A DNA stretch of 64,000 nucleotides, taken from positions 6,984 through 70,983 of the IMG/VR virus record IMGVR_UViG_3300020159_000786. One strand, written 5' to 3'. This DNA comes from a virus. The position numbers and the translations under genes are program-made. The first letter of the stretch is position 1. Every line of letters begins with the position of its first letter. Below are positions 63,872 to 64,000 of the stretch, piece after piece. Under the pieces are notes generated by a model, which saw nothing but the letters and a program-made list of their open reading frames with translations, ran no database searches and was not told where the DNA came from.

Positions 63872-64000
63872 ATGGGTTTTATAGAAATAGTAGATATAGA
63901 CGAGAACGGCGTGTCCGTTACAGATTTGTCAGAGGCTTCTGATATTGTAAGATTAGAATTGTGGTTAGCACTACAAAATGAAATGAAAGGTAATAAATAA
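63872..64000 (+). CDS. 42-aa acidic hypothetical protein
   Basis: MGFIEIVDIDENGVSVTDLSEASDIVRLELWLALQNEMKGNK, TAA at 63998-64000; AGGA RBS. Confidence 0.6.
   Translation: MGFIEIVDIDENGVSVTDLSEASDIVRLELWLALQNEMKGNK

Noticed and set aside
1-64000. tRNA/rRNA genes, integrase, transposase, terminase large subunit, stop-codon reassignment
   Set aside because: No cloverleaf or such motifs recognised by eye. Genes are intact in the standard code and use TAA, TAG and TGA stops. The terminase large subunit presumably lies outside the window.

Overview
AT-rich 64-kb segment of a large tailed dsDNA phage with siphovirus-type architecture: HK97-type portal, protease and capsid, a tail tube, a 2317-aa tape measure, and no sheath gene seen. 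The host is probably an actinobacterium (inferred from the DnaE-type polymerase, class II RNR, frequent leaderless TGn-TATAAT promoters and GACAC motifs). Layout: 0-15.8 kb replication/recombination (RuvC-like, Cas4-like, RecA, DnaE, SSB, primase, DnaB) with a four-gene 2OG-Fe(II) oxygenase insert; 15.8-43 kb tail and head genes; 43-47.4 kb RNR plus three oxygenases; 47.4-60 kb modular fibre/adhesin genes and a muralytic enzyme; 60-64 kb two more oxygenases and small early-type promoter cassettes. The best candidate for an undescribed system is a module that occurs twice: a fibre/adaptor ending in an AFPIG...GDL domain, followed by a protein with an FN3 or PASTA head, Phe-rich F-x-V-F-[GS]-F-x-P repeats and a non-splicing C-terminal Hint domain. 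The window also carries nine 2OG-Fe(II)/cupin oxygenases that could modify these repeats. Other notable items are paralogous tail chaperone genes instead of a frameshift, DnaA-box clusters, a TGTCAG-N10-TAnnnT promoter family and candidate small RNAs. All calls come from motif reading by eye; no database searches were run.
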